DNA of 64,000 nucleotides from Gammaproteobacteria bacterium (GTDB lineage Bacteria; Pseudomonadota; Gammaproteobacteria; CAJXQU01): NCBI GenBank assembly GCA_965238175.1, contig CBDEGZ010000003.1, positions 544,001 to 608,000 of the forward strand, read 5' to 3'. Shown piece by piece: positions 21,829 to 31,820 of this stretch (position 1 is its first letter; each line of letters starts with the position of its first letter). The notes under the pieces were generated by a model. It saw only the letters and a program-made list of their open reading frames with translations, ran no database searches and was not told where the DNA came from. The position numbers and the translations under genes were made by a program.

Positions 21829-22898
21829 GCAGCTTGCGGGTTAAATTTTCTGCCACCACGAGGCCATGCAGAGATCAATGCATTTACCAAAGTGGCTAAT
21901 GGAATGGCAAAGAATACACCCCAAAATCCCCAAAGCCCACCAAAAACTAAAACGGCCACTATAATCGCGATGGGGTGTAAATTGACTGCTTCAGAAAATA
22001 ACAACGGTACGAGTATGTTCCCATCCAGTACCTGGATTATTCCATAAGCCAAAATGATCCAACCAAAATCTGTTCCCCAACCTAGTTGGATATATGCAGC
22101 AATGGCAACAGGAATAGTGGCAACAGTGGCGCCAATATAAGGAATGATCACAGATAATCCGACCAAGGCAGAAAGTAGCACCGCATATTTCAGGCCCATA
22201 AATGAAAACACGGTGAAAGTGATGCTACCAACGATCAAAATCTCATAAAATTTACCGCGAACATAGTTACCTATTTGTCCATCCATTTCTTGCCATACGT
22301 GTTCCAGTAAAGGGCGTTCTTCAGGTAAGATATCTGAAAGCCAACCGGTGATCACATGTTTGTCTTTAAGGAAGAAGAAAACCAGGACTGGCCCCAAAAC
22401 CAGGTAGACGAGAACCGTGATCAATCTTGGAATAGATTCAAAGGATAAAGATAAGACGGTTTGTCCAAAATCTGTAATGCCAGAACGGACAACCTGCACT
22501 AATTCCAAAACTTGTTCTTCCGTCATCAACTGAGGATACTTTTCGGGAAGCTGGAGTATTAGTTGCTGCCAGTCATTGAGAATATTGGGTAATTGTTGCA
22601 CGAGCTCTGTCAGCTGTCGTGATAGTAATGGCAATAAACCGAGAATAATAATCAACATAAAGGTCAGAAACAGCAGGAAAATGATGGTAACAGCTAAAAG
22701 CCTCGGAACACGAAAGTGGATGAGATACTGAACGCTACCTTCTAGCAAATAAGCAATGACAATTGCAGCTAAAACGGGAGCAAGCATGTGCCCCATAAAG
22801 ATCACGATGGTAAAACCGAGGATCAGCATTACAGCCAATAACACCGCCTGCGGATCGGAGAAGTAACGTCTATACCATTCAGTAAAAAAACGGATCAT
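21825..22898 (-). CDS. perM: AI-2E family transporter PerM
   Basis: QIGNYVRGK, IPYIG and LDGNILVPLLFSEAVNLHP motifs. Confidence 0.9.
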   Translation of the reverse strand: MIRFFTEWYRRYFSDPQAVLLAVMLILGFTIVIFMGHMLAPVLAAIVIAYLLEGSVQYLIHFRVPRLLAVTIIFLLFLTFMLIIILGLLPLLSRQLTELVQQLPNILNDWQQLILQLPEKYPQLMTEEQVLELVQVVRSGITDFGQTVLSLSFESIPRLITVLVYLVLGPVLVFFFLKDKHVITGWLSDILPEERPLLEHVWQEMDGQIGNYVRGKFYEILIVGSITFTVFSFMGLKYAVLLSALVGLSVIIPYIGATVATIPVAIAAYIQLGWGTDFGWIILAYGIIQVLDGNILVPLLFSEAVNLHPIAIIVAVLVFGGLWGFWGVFFAIPLATLVNALISAWPRGGRKFNPQAA

Positions 22899-22981
22899 GT
22901 ATTATTGAGCTTCTGTGTAAACGCATTCATTATATAGCATAGTCATTAAGGGTTAAGAGAAAAGATTCATAAGGGTAAATT

Positions 22982-23791
22982 ATGTCCTGGTGGGGAAAGG
23001 TTTTAGGGGGAATATTCGGCTATCTGGTCAATGGGCCATTCACAGCATTATTAGGTGTGTTGTTAGGCCATGCGCTTGATACGCTAGGTTCGCGCAACAA
23101 AGTGAAATCAGTCCAACGTAAGAAAACAATTTCTGCACATGCTGCGCAGGCAATCTATTTTTCAACTACTTTCTCGATTATGGGACATGTCAGCAAAGCC
23201 GATGGACATGTTTCTGCAGAAGAGATCCGCGTTGCAACTCAAGTCATGGATCGTATGGATCTAACAAAACCTCAACGAGAAAAGGCCATTAGTTTATTCA
23301 ACGAAGGTAAAAGTGCCAACTTTCCTATTGAGCAATTACTGAAAAAACTATGTAACTCCTGTATTTCTCAAAAGAACTTACTGCGGATGTTTATGGAAAT
23401 CCAGATTATGGCGGCGATGGCTGATGGTGATTTATCGCAAATAGAGCGTCGGTTATTGTTACAAATTTCTGAACGTTTAGGCATCATGCGTATGGAATAC
23501 CAGCGCATTGAAGATCGTGTGCGGATTACGATGAAACTTGCAGACAAAGGTGACCCGGGCGAGATAACACATAGCGAAAAGACTATTACGGATGCTTATA
23601 CCTATTTGGGACTCAAAAAAAATGACACTGATCGTGAGGTGAAAAAAGCCTATAGAAAATTACTCAGCCAACATCATCCAGACAAGTTGATCTCAAAAGG
23701 GCTGCCAGAAGAAATGTTAAAGTTGGCCGCGCACAAAACCCACGAAATTAGACAAGCCTACGAAGTAATTTGTGCCGCCCGTGGTATTTGA
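22982..23791 (+). CDS. djlA: Co-chaperone DjlA
   Basis: MSWWGK N-terminal TM; KADGHV; C-terminal J-domain HHPDKL. Confidence 0.92.
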   Translation: MSWWGKVLGGIFGYLVNGPFTALLGVLLGHALDTLGSRNKVKSVQRKKTISAHAAQAIYFSTTFSIMGHVSKADGHVSAEEIRVATQVMDRMDLTKPQREKAISLFNEGKSANFPIEQLLKKLCNSCISQKNLLRMFMEIQIMAAMADGDLSQIERRLLLQISERLGIMRMEYQRIEDRVRITMKLADKGDPGEITHSEKTITDAYTYLGLKKNDTDREVKKAYRKLLSQHHPDKLISKGLPEEMLKLAAHKTHEIRQAYEVICAARGI

Positions 23792-24881
23792 TAAAAGGGA
23801 TAATCAGCAGTTTGTTCATGAAACTCCAGATTATGAGATTCTGGCCTCACTGATCAAATCTTGGGCAAATGAACTTGGTTTTCAACAGGCTGGGATCACT
23901 GGAATTGATCTAAAACAAGATGAAGCATGGCTGCTCGAATGGTTGGAAAAAGAACGGCATGGCAAAATGGAATACATGCAACGACATGGAACGCGACGTT
24001 CGCGTCCAGCCGATCTTGAACAAGGAACGCTCCGTGTTATTTCTGTGCGAATGGATTATTTTCCGGGCGCTGCTGCAAATGCGGAAAACATTCTAGATCA
24101 AACAGACAAAGCCTATGTTTCCCGTTATGCACTTGGCCGCGACTATCACAAACTACTTCGAAAGCGATTGCAGAAACTAGCTGATAAAATTGAACAAGTT
24201 ACGGGTAAATTCGGCTACCGTGTTTTTGTTGACAGCGCCCCAGTTTTAGAAAAAGCACTCGCAAGAAATTCAGGTCTAGGCTGGATTGGAAAACATACTA
24301 ATCTAATCAACAGGCATGCAGGCTCCTGGTTTTTTCTCGGTGAAATTTATACAGATCTGCCCTTGCCTAAAGATCCTGTTTACAAAGAAAATTATTGCGG
24401 AACTTGTTCTGCTTGTATTGATATTTGCCCAACACAAGCGATTGTTGCACCCTTTCAGGTTGATGCTCGGCGTTGTATTTCTTATTTGACAATAGAGCTT
24501 CGTACTTCTATTCCAGAAGAATTCAGAAAAATGATCGGCAATAGAATTTATGGTTGTGATGATTGCCAGCTTGTTTGTCCTTGGAACAAATATGCTGTGC
24601 CGACCAGTGAAGTCGACTTTGCAGTGAGGAATGATCTAGATGCACCCGATTTGATCAGCCTTTTTAACTGGACCGAAAAAGAGTTTTTGAAAAAAACCGA
24701 AGGTTCAGCAATAAGACGGATTGGTTATGAAAGTTGGCTCCGAAATATTGCTATCGCGTTAGGTAATTCCGAGCTATCTGAAAAGGTATTAAATTCATTG
24801 AAGAAACGTCAAGCACACCAATCGGAACTTGTCCGAGAACATGTAGCATGGGCAATAAAAAATCTCTCTAAGACGACTTAA
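23772..24881 (+). CDS. queG: Epoxyqueuosine reductase
   Basis: SRYALGRDYH, DSAPVLE, CGTCSACIDICPT and YGCDDCQ motifs. Confidence 0.95.
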   Translation: MPPVVFDKRDNQQFVHETPDYEILASLIKSWANELGFQQAGITGIDLKQDEAWLLEWLEKERHGKMEYMQRHGTRRSRPADLEQGTLRVISVRMDYFPGAAANAENILDQTDKAYVSRYALGRDYHKLLRKRLQKLADKIEQVTGKFGYRVFVDSAPVLEKALARNSGLGWIGKHTNLINRHAGSWFFLGEIYTDLPLPKDPVYKENYCGTCSACIDICPTQAIVAPFQVDARRCISYLTIELRTSIPEEFRKMIGNRIYGCDDCQLVCPWNKYAVPTSEVDFAVRNDLDAPDLISLFNWTEKEFLKKTEGSAIRRIGYESWLRNIAIALGNSELSEKVLNSLKKRQAHQSELVREHVAWAIKNLSKTT

Positions 24882-24884
24882 ACA

Positions 24885-25655
24885 ATGGCAGATCTAAATC
24901 GACGTTTAGGTGGTATTAGTCGACTATATGGTGAAAAAGCTTACCAAAACTTCCTCCGTTCACATGTTTGTGTGATAGGCGTTGGTGGTGTTGGATCGTG
25001 GGCAGCTGAAGCACTAGCGCGTAGCGGGGTTGGTGAGATAACTTTGATCGATCTGGATAACGTAGTCGAATCTAATGTGAATCGCCAGATCCATGCACTG
25101 GACGGTGAGTTTGGAAAAGCAAAGATTACGGCTATGCGAGAACGCATATTTTTGATCAACCCAGAGTGCAAAGTGAATGAAATTGAAGATTTTGTAACCA
25201 TTGAAAATTTTCCAGAAATATTTGATCAGAATTATGATTTTATTATTGATTGTATAGATAACTTTCGTACCAAAGCGGCACTCATTGCTTACTGCAAGCG
25301 CAATAAATACAAATTGATTACAATTGGTGGCGCTGGAGGGCAAGTTGATCCAACACAGGTCAAAATCTCAGATCTAAGCAAGACGGAGCATGATGGTTTA
25401 CTTTCTCAAGTCCGAAAACTATTAAGAGCTGAGTATGGTTTTTCGCGAAACTTAAAACGTCGATTTTATATTCCTTGTGTTTATTCTGAAGAACAACTTG
25501 TTTATCCAACATCAGATGGCAAAATATGCGCTCAAAAACCTGGTGATGCAAATGCCAGTGGGCTCAATTGTGAGAGTGGTTTTGGATCCGCAATGACAGT
25601 GACTGCAACTTTCGGCATGGCGGCAGTTTCGTACGTGCTTAGAAAATTATCCTAA
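24885..25655 (+). CDS. tcdA: tRNA threonylcarbamoyladenosine dehydratase
   Basis: GVGGVGSW, SNVNRQ and GGAGG motifs; ThiF family. Confidence 0.92.
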   Translation: MADLNRRLGGISRLYGEKAYQNFLRSHVCVIGVGGVGSWAAEALARSGVGEITLIDLDNVVESNVNRQIHALDGEFGKAKITAMRERIFLINPECKVNEIEDFVTIENFPEIFDQNYDFIIDCIDNFRTKAALIAYCKRNKYKLITIGGAGGQVDPTQVKISDLSKTEHDGLLSQVRKLLRAEYGFSRNLKRRFYIPCVYSEEQLVYPTSDGKICAQKPGDANASGLNCESGFGSAMTVTATFGMAAVSYVLRKLS

Positions 25656-25689
25656 CTTAGCAGACCAGGATTAGTTTTCTGTTATAAAT

Positions 25690-25937
25690 ATAAATCCTTA
25701 TTTATACTTGTTGGGAATAGCTGTTAAAATCACCAACTACCATCGTCGTTCAAGCTAACTTTGTCAAAGGTAAAGTTGTTTTGTCCTATCAGTTTATTGG
25801 CTTGAGAGCGTTTTAAAGATAAGCAATTAAAACTTGAAAAGAAAGATTGGACACGCACCTTTAAACACATACAACAGTTGATGATGAAGCCAGTGTATGT
25901 TTAAATCCATTCGCCTTTTCGTGGGTGAGCCCTCAGT
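25690..25937 (+). pseudogene. IS4-family (IS10-like) transposase 3' relic and right end
   Basis: Similar to 40597-40810; degenerate QANxVK..VLS..FIGLRAF coding; ends GTGGGTGAGCCCTCAG. Confidence 0.6.
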
Positions 25938-26217
25938 ATCTGAGCCTATCAACTTACACTATTGATTATTGGTGTTCATACAATAATACTTAGATATTAG
26001 ACTCAATAATACTTCAGTATTGTATTTTTCTTTCTACTATTACCTTACTATAACCTACATGAAAACACTTCTCGCATAAATTATTTATTGAGAGGTATTA
26101 TTTTTCATTTCTAATGAAATTAGAATTTTTACAGAGCTTTATACCAAAGGCAGTCAAGAAGACCGTCTAAACAGATGAGCAATCACTGTTAATTATAATA
26201 ATCAAAATAAGAAAAGG

Positions 26218-28074
26218 ATGTCGAACATGAATATAACGTTTGGAAAACCGAATACATATACACCCCTTGCCAATAAACCAGCATCTTTTGGGCAGAACAC
26301 TCCTGCAACTACTTCAAAATCAAGTTTTAAGCCAGGATTTGGTACTGTGACGAGTCCTGCTGCAAGGCAAACGGCGAGTTCTACTGAAAGAAGCCATGTC
26401 CCGGTTCGCTATCAACAGCAGCCCCAGTCCTCGGCCACCCCCCCGCAAAATCCTGACATCTCTCGTTTGCTTGCTGACATCTCTCAAACGATAACACTTC
26501 TTGAAAATACATTGCGTGGTGCAGTTAATCAACTTCAGAGACCTCAGGCTAATCAACTTCAGAGACCTCAGGCTAATCAACTTCAGAGACCTCAGGCTAA
26601 TCAACTTCAGAGACCTCAGGCTAATCAACTTCAGAGACCTCAGGCTAATCAACTTCAGAGACCTCAGGCTAATCAACTTCAGAGACCTCAGGCTAATCAA
26701 CTTCAGAGACCTCAGGCTAATCAACTTCAGAGACCTCAGGCTAATCAACTTCAGAGACCTCAGGCTAATCAACTTCAGAGACCTCAGGCTAATCAACTTC
26801 AGAGACCTCAGGTTAATCAACTTCAGAGACCTCAGGCTAATGATCAAACACGTCATGGCGGGCCGCAACTTCGTGCTGCAAGCCAATTTGCAAATCAATT
26901 GGGAAGTGTTGCTCAACAGCTCCCTGGTGCGCTTAGTCAGGTTGCTCCATTGTTCTCGGCTGGAGGAGATCTGATTTCTGCAATTGCACCCGTAACATCG
27001 CAAATTGCAAGTTTAGTAGCTTCTGCTCCCTCTTATGGACTCATTCCAGACCCTGTAAGCACGCTTGGAAGTTGGTTAAATTTTGCGCAAGGAAAAGGTG
27101 CGGGCCAGATTGCAAATTCCTGGGTTGGCGGCTATTTTGGCTCTAAGGGAGATGATAAAATTTCAACTACTTCGTTAGTCAGTTTTGCCTTTGGTGGTGA
27201 AGGGAATGACACTATTAAGGGTGGATTAGGATTTTTGCTCGCTAGTGGTGGTCCTGGAGATGATAAACTCACTGGAGGAATAGGTATCGGTAATGTATTA
27301 CTTGGTGGTAAAGGAAATGACACCCTTAAGGGTGGAACCGCGTTATTTAACGCATCCTTTGGAGGTCCTGGCAACGACACGCTTACAGGCGGCACTTCAC
27401 TTTTTGGATATGCAGATGGCGGACCCGGCAATGACGTCGTTAAAGGCGGCTTTGGACTGTTAGGCTCTATCGCCAAAGGTGGTCCCGGAGATGACAAAGT
27501 CACAGGTGGCTCATCAATATTCGGCAGCGGTGCCTATGGCGGGCCTGGTAATGATACCGTCAAGGGTGGTTTTGGACTATTTCATTCAGGTGCTCATGGG
27601 GGTGCTGGTAATGATCATGTGACTGGTGGTTCCTCTTTATTCCACAGTATTGCAACCGGTGGTGCAGGTAATGACCGTGTTATCGGAGGTTCGGGTTTGT
27701 TTACTCATGCCAGCGGCGGCGATGGGAATGACTATGTGACATCAGGACGGGGCAAAAATAACTCGGCAGACGGTAATAAAGGAAATGACATTGTTGAATC
27801 CTCCGGTCGTGGGAAAAACCAAAAAATTGTAGGCGGGGACGGTAATGATTTCCTAATTTCCCGGTCCGGCAAGGAAAAAGTTGATGGTGGTAAGGGCTTT
27901 GATGTACTCTATCTCCCTGGTGAGAAGCATGAATATTACATCATACAAAATGAAAAAGGTGAGTTGGAAATCTCAAAGTACAAGGAAGATGGCACTCCGG
28001 GTAAAAGACAAATGACAGCGAAAAATGTCGAAGCTGTTAGGTTTGGTAGTGAAAAAATACCCGTTGGGAAGTAG
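26218..28074 (+). CDS. Atypical RTX (hemolysin-type Ca-binding repeat) protein with Gln-rich tandem repeat; putative T1SS substrate
   Basis: About 14 GGxGxD-type nonapeptides; C-terminal NVEAVRF; no signal peptide; followed by an hlyC-like gene. Confidence 0.85.
   Translation: MSNMNITFGKPNTYTPLANKPASFGQNTPATTSKSSFKPGFGTVTSPAARQTASSTERSHVPVRYQQQPQSSATPPQNPDISRLLADISQTITLLENTLRGAVNQLQRPQANQLQRPQANQLQRPQANQLQRPQANQLQRPQANQLQRPQANQLQRPQANQLQRPQANQLQRPQANQLQRPQANQLQRPQANQLQRPQVNQLQRPQANDQTRHGGPQLRAASQFANQLGSVAQQLPGALSQVAPLFSAGGDLISAIAPVTSQIASLVASAPSYGLIPDPVSTLGSWLNFAQGKGAGQIANSWVGGYFGSKGDDKISTTSLVSFAFGGEGNDTIKGGLGFLLASGGPGDDKLTGGIGIGNVLLGGKGNDTLKGGTALFNASFGGPGNDTLTGGTSLFGYADGGPGNDVVKGGFGLLGSIAKGGPGDDKVTGGSSIFGSGAYGGPGNDTVKGGFGLFHSGAHGGAGNDHVTGGSSLFHSIATGGAGNDRVIGGSGLFTHASGGDGNDYVTSGRGKNNSADGNKGNDIVESSGRGKNQKIVGGDGNDFLISRSGKEKVDGGKGFDVLYLPGEKHEYYIIQNEKGELEISKYKEDGTPGKRQMTAKNVEAVRFGSEKIPVGK
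26527..26838 (+). repeat. 24-bp coding tandem repeat x13 (NQLQRPQA)
   Basis: AATCAACTTCAGAGACCTCAGGCT x13 with one C>T variant; no spacers. Confidence 0.97.
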
Positions 28075-28082
28075 ACCTGATC

Positions 28083-28541
28083 ATGTCAATAGATGCAGAT
28101 AAATTAAACAGCCTTGTTTATGAGACTGTCGGTCAATTAGTATCACTCTTGGCCCACTCTCCTATGCATCGGCATTTTTCGGTGGTAGATATTACGGATT
28201 TGATTATGCCAGCAATTATCTTGGGGCAGTACCGGGTGTTTAGAAACGAGCATGGAAGTGCAATAGGCTTTGTTTGTTGGGGTTTTCTATCTGACGCAGC
28301 AAAGCAGAAATTTATCGGTTGCCAAGATATCTTGAGTTTTGAGGAATGGAACAGTGGCAAACATGTGTTTGTCACCGATTTCATCGCTCCATTCGGTCAT
28401 GCAAAAGAGATCGTTAAACAGCTTAAATGTGACATATTCCCGGACGATGTGGTTAGTGCTTTAAGATATGAATCCGTCGGAAGCCCTCGCCCACAAGTGT
28501 CCACTTTCTACGGAAAAAATGTAAAACATGGTAGGAATTGA
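28083..28541 (+). CDS. Toxin-activating lysine acyltransferase (HlyC/RtxC family)
   Basis: SPMH, PAI, GFVCW, WNSG and DFIAPFGH motifs; 8 bp downstream of the RTX gene. Confidence 0.92.
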   Translation: MSIDADKLNSLVYETVGQLVSLLAHSPMHRHFSVVDITDLIMPAIILGQYRVFRNEHGSAIGFVCWGFLSDAAKQKFIGCQDILSFEEWNSGKHVFVTDFIAPFGHAKEIVKQLKCDIFPDDVVSALRYESVGSPRPQVSTFYGKNVKHGRN

Positions 28542-28546
28542 TCCAA

Positions 28547-28599
28547 CACTGCGGCTTACACCAAAACATGTATATCATATTCTGGTGTAAGCCGCAGTG
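28547..28599 (+). terminator. Long stem-loop after the RTX-hlyC operon
   Basis: 17-bp perfect inverted repeat CACTGCGGCTTACACCA / TGGTGTAAGCCGCAGTG; no clear U-tract. Confidence 0.55.
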
Positions 28600-28659
28600 C
28601 AATATTGGGTTACAGAAACAGTGGTACGGTTGTAGCGGAGGGAATCAATAGGGACAATG

Positions 28660-29727
28660 TGGTTTTACCCCATTCTTTCGGAGACTTAGTCAAGAGTTGT
28701 TTGATTAAATTCTTTCTCGTTTAATTGTCGTTGTTTTCTCTGATTATAGAATCGTTCAACGTAATCAAAAATATCTGCTCTGGCGACTGTCCGAGTCACA
28801 TAGCATCGTCGATTAACACGTTCCCGCTTCAGTAATCCAAAAAGCTTTCGGCCGCCGCATTATCGTCGCAACTTCCAACCGCACTCATGCTACTAACAAC
28901 ACCGTGTGTCTTTAAAAAATGCTGATATTCATGACTCGTATATTGCGAACCGCAATCGGAATGTAGGATAACAGAGCCCGTCTGTTGTTTTTGCCAAAGT
29001 GTCATTAACACCGCTTGGTTCACAAGCTGTTTCTCCATTCGTTGACTCATCGACCAACCAATGACTTTGCGTGAATATATCAATAATCACGGCTAAATAT
29101 AACCAACCTTCACCTGTGTGAACGTAGGCAACCGTTACCCATTTTATATCCGGTGACAACGATGTGAAGTCGCGGTCCAGATGATTAATGACATGCTCTG
29201 GTCGTTTAGACGACGTTCGTTTGCGCCATTGTTTGCTAGCAGGAATGCCGACAATGTCGGCAGACTTTACCAGTCGTGCAACTCTGTTGAGACGGCAAGT
29301 TTCACCCTGATAACGGAGTTCTTCCCAAATACGAGGGCTGCCATAAACCGCATCACTATCAGTGTGAATGGCTTTAATCTGTCGCATCAAACGGCTGTTA
29401 TCTTGTTGCCGCTTCTCGTAAAAAATCCCGTTCTTTTTTACCTGTTGAAGCTCACGTTTTAATTGGGACAATTCTTGTTCTCATGTATTGCCTTACCCTG
29501 GAAATGTGGTTTTGTTTGGCTCTGAAAATTGCTGCCGCTAACGAGACAACATGTTGGCATTGTTCCCTAAGTGATGAGCCACTTGTGTCAGAGAATTATC
29601 CGATTGATTTGTGAGTTTTACTGCTTCATGTTTGTATTCTTGACTGTACTTTGTTCGTTTGTCTATGCTTCTCCTCTGAGTGTATTATCACTCTTAATGA
29701 AGTCTCCGCTCAGTCGGGGGGGAACCA
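28660..29727 (-). mobile_element. Full-length but inactivated IS3-family element
   Basis: IRs TGGTTCCCCCCCGACTGAGCGGAGAC / TGGTTTTACCCCATTCTTTCGGAGAC; frameshifted orfB (YGSPRI, GWLYLA, HSDCGSQYTS, DNAAAESF). Confidence 0.9.
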
Positions 29728-29776
29728 GGGTTTTGCCGCCGCCAATTTGAGTAGAGCAGGTTGCTTATACGTGTCT

Positions 29777-30319
29777 CTATTTGTCAGTAGATTTTTCATG
29801 CTTATGTCTTACAAGTAAACCAACTGATGCGAAAATTATCCCTGGAAGAAACACCCAAACTAATTCGGAAGCGATTACCCTGAGTCCCCACTCTGAGAAA
29901 AATGCTTTCACACCTATTGGTGATACTTGTATAGGTCTGTAGGGTAAGAAGATACGCCCAGGATCAAATGGCCAATATAATGCGACTCCAAGCCCGCCAT
30001 TTGTCATGCCATCTAACAGCGCATGGGATGCGCAAGCGATAAAGCAAATGGCAAAAATCATGCTTGGATGCGAGCGGAGTTGACGCCAAAAAAATGTGCA
30101 CACTATCGCTAACATTCCGGCAAAAAACAAAGAATGAGTGAACCCTCTGTGCCCCCATTGGGACTCGTAGGGAATTCCAAATTTAAAAGCAATGACATCA
30201 ATATCTGGGAATACTGACAAAATCGCTGCCAGTAAAAATAAGCGAACGTTAAAGTGTCTACTCTTTAGCGCAACATACGCTACCGCTGGAACGACTATAT
30301 GTGCAAAAGCTGATGCCAT
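29777..30319 (-). CDS. Metal-dependent membrane hydrolase (YdjM/YbcI family)
   Basis: PDIDV, GHRGFTHS, SHALLDGMTNGGLG and VSPIG motifs. Confidence 0.9.
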   Translation of the reverse strand: MASAFAHIVVPAVAYVALKSRHFNVRLFLLAAILSVFPDIDVIAFKFGIPYESQWGHRGFTHSLFFAGMLAIVCTFFWRQLRSHPSMIFAICFIACASHALLDGMTNGGLGVALYWPFDPGRIFLPYRPIQVSPIGVKAFFSEWGLRVIASELVWVFLPGIIFASVGLLVRHKHEKSTDK

Positions 30320-31741
30320 GAATGATCCTTAATATTACATTTGACTACAATCGTTATCTACTACAAATGACGCCGGTAATATACTTCCAGAAACGCGTGA
30401 TTTATCATCAACAAAACTCTCTATTAGTTTTCCATATATTTGCAAAAACATATCTAAAATATATGAATACGGGTGGCTCCCATTCAGACGCATGAAATTC
30501 ACGTGTAGTAACAACCATTAAAGTTTTATCGCATCTGTCTAACGTTTCGATAGCGGCTAAAATTGGTTTTTTGGATTTAATATTAGAATTAAAGACCGTA
30601 GTGTTAAAGCAAATATTTTTCCTAAATGCCTCCATCTTATTTTATATGAATTCGTATATTTATTAACTTTTTTGTGATTTCATAGGATGTATTCTTCGAA
30701 ACGCCCTGTTCAGCACTAAGATACTCATTTTTATTCATCCAAAATGTAAGGCTTAAGACAGCCTTCTTAACTGCATATTTAGGTTCTTAAAACAAGTTCC
30801 ATTTACGCTATTGTCCCGTTCGTCGGATCAATTCCATAATCTCTTCACGCAGTAGTAGGTTTCAGACAAAATGCTGTCATCTGCGCAAAGCAATTGTATA
30901 TCCAAACCCTCTCTTCGCGCTATAAAGGAAGTCTTATGTAAAGTTCCAGAAACACCGTCTATGATGGAGGTGTCTGCCTCCACCGTACCTAACAGAAAGA
31001 CAATTGGATCTGTTTTTTTCGAACCATCAATTATGGTTATCTCATACGTATTGCCGAGATAAACGCAAAGCTATAGCCTCTGATCGCTTTCCTAGTGTAA
31101 CCTTTGACTCAATGGGTTTGTCTTCTATTTCAGCCATATCAATATGTTCGACAGCGTCCTCAATGAATGTCGGCGGTAAACATGCCGTTGTTGCAGCTAC
31201 TGAGAATCTTTATCCATTAATGACCTATTAGAGAAATGAACAAAGAACTTGAAAGCATCATAGAAAATATACCGACTGACGCACTGACCAAGCTCTGGCA
31301 AATTGGCCAATAGATTAATCGCTGTGACGCGACCGGGGCTTTTCAATACTGGTAATGACGTCCATTTTGCGCATAAATAGAACGCTAGAATTTGATCAAT
31401 TTGTCAAAATCGAACAATTTCAGACAACGAATTTCTCAACAAGTAGCGGCTTCGAATACACATCGTATTATTGACAATTTTATGATACGTCGTAAAATTA
31501 CACGAAATCTTTATTTACAAAGAGTTGTTTACTACTAAGGGTCATTTCAAAAATAACGACACTTATGATAATCCAATAACTTAACAGACGTAACAGGAAT
31601 AACATCAATCATTCAAAAATCGTGGCCACCTAAACGTACCAGGGGTTACTAATACCAAAGTATTAGTTCTTGGGTACAATACAAAACTTTTATTTTCAGT
31701 AGTAACATTACCGACAGCTTCAAGAAAACAAAATAATAAGA

Positions 31742-31804
31742 AAAACAATATGGAATTGTATAAAACAATATGGAATTGTATAAAACGATATGGAATTGTA
31801 TAAA
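31742..31804 (+). repeat. 20-bp direct repeat x3 upstream of the peroxidase gene
   Basis: AAAAC(A/G)ATATGGAATTGTAT x3, ending about 17 bp before the ATG. Confidence 0.9.
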
Positions 31805-31820
31805 TGTAAATTGAGCTGTT

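Noticed and set aside
26527-26838. CRISPR array
   Set aside because: Head-to-tail 24-bp units with no spacers, in frame inside a CDS, and no cas genes
26320-27003. Alternate-frame ORFs 26320-27003(-) and 26501-26974(+)
   Set aside because: Shadows of the 24-bp repeat
30408-31500. Short ORFs between the hydrolase and the peroxidase
   Set aside because: Fragmentary, no family recognised; may be pseudogene debris but cannot be assigned
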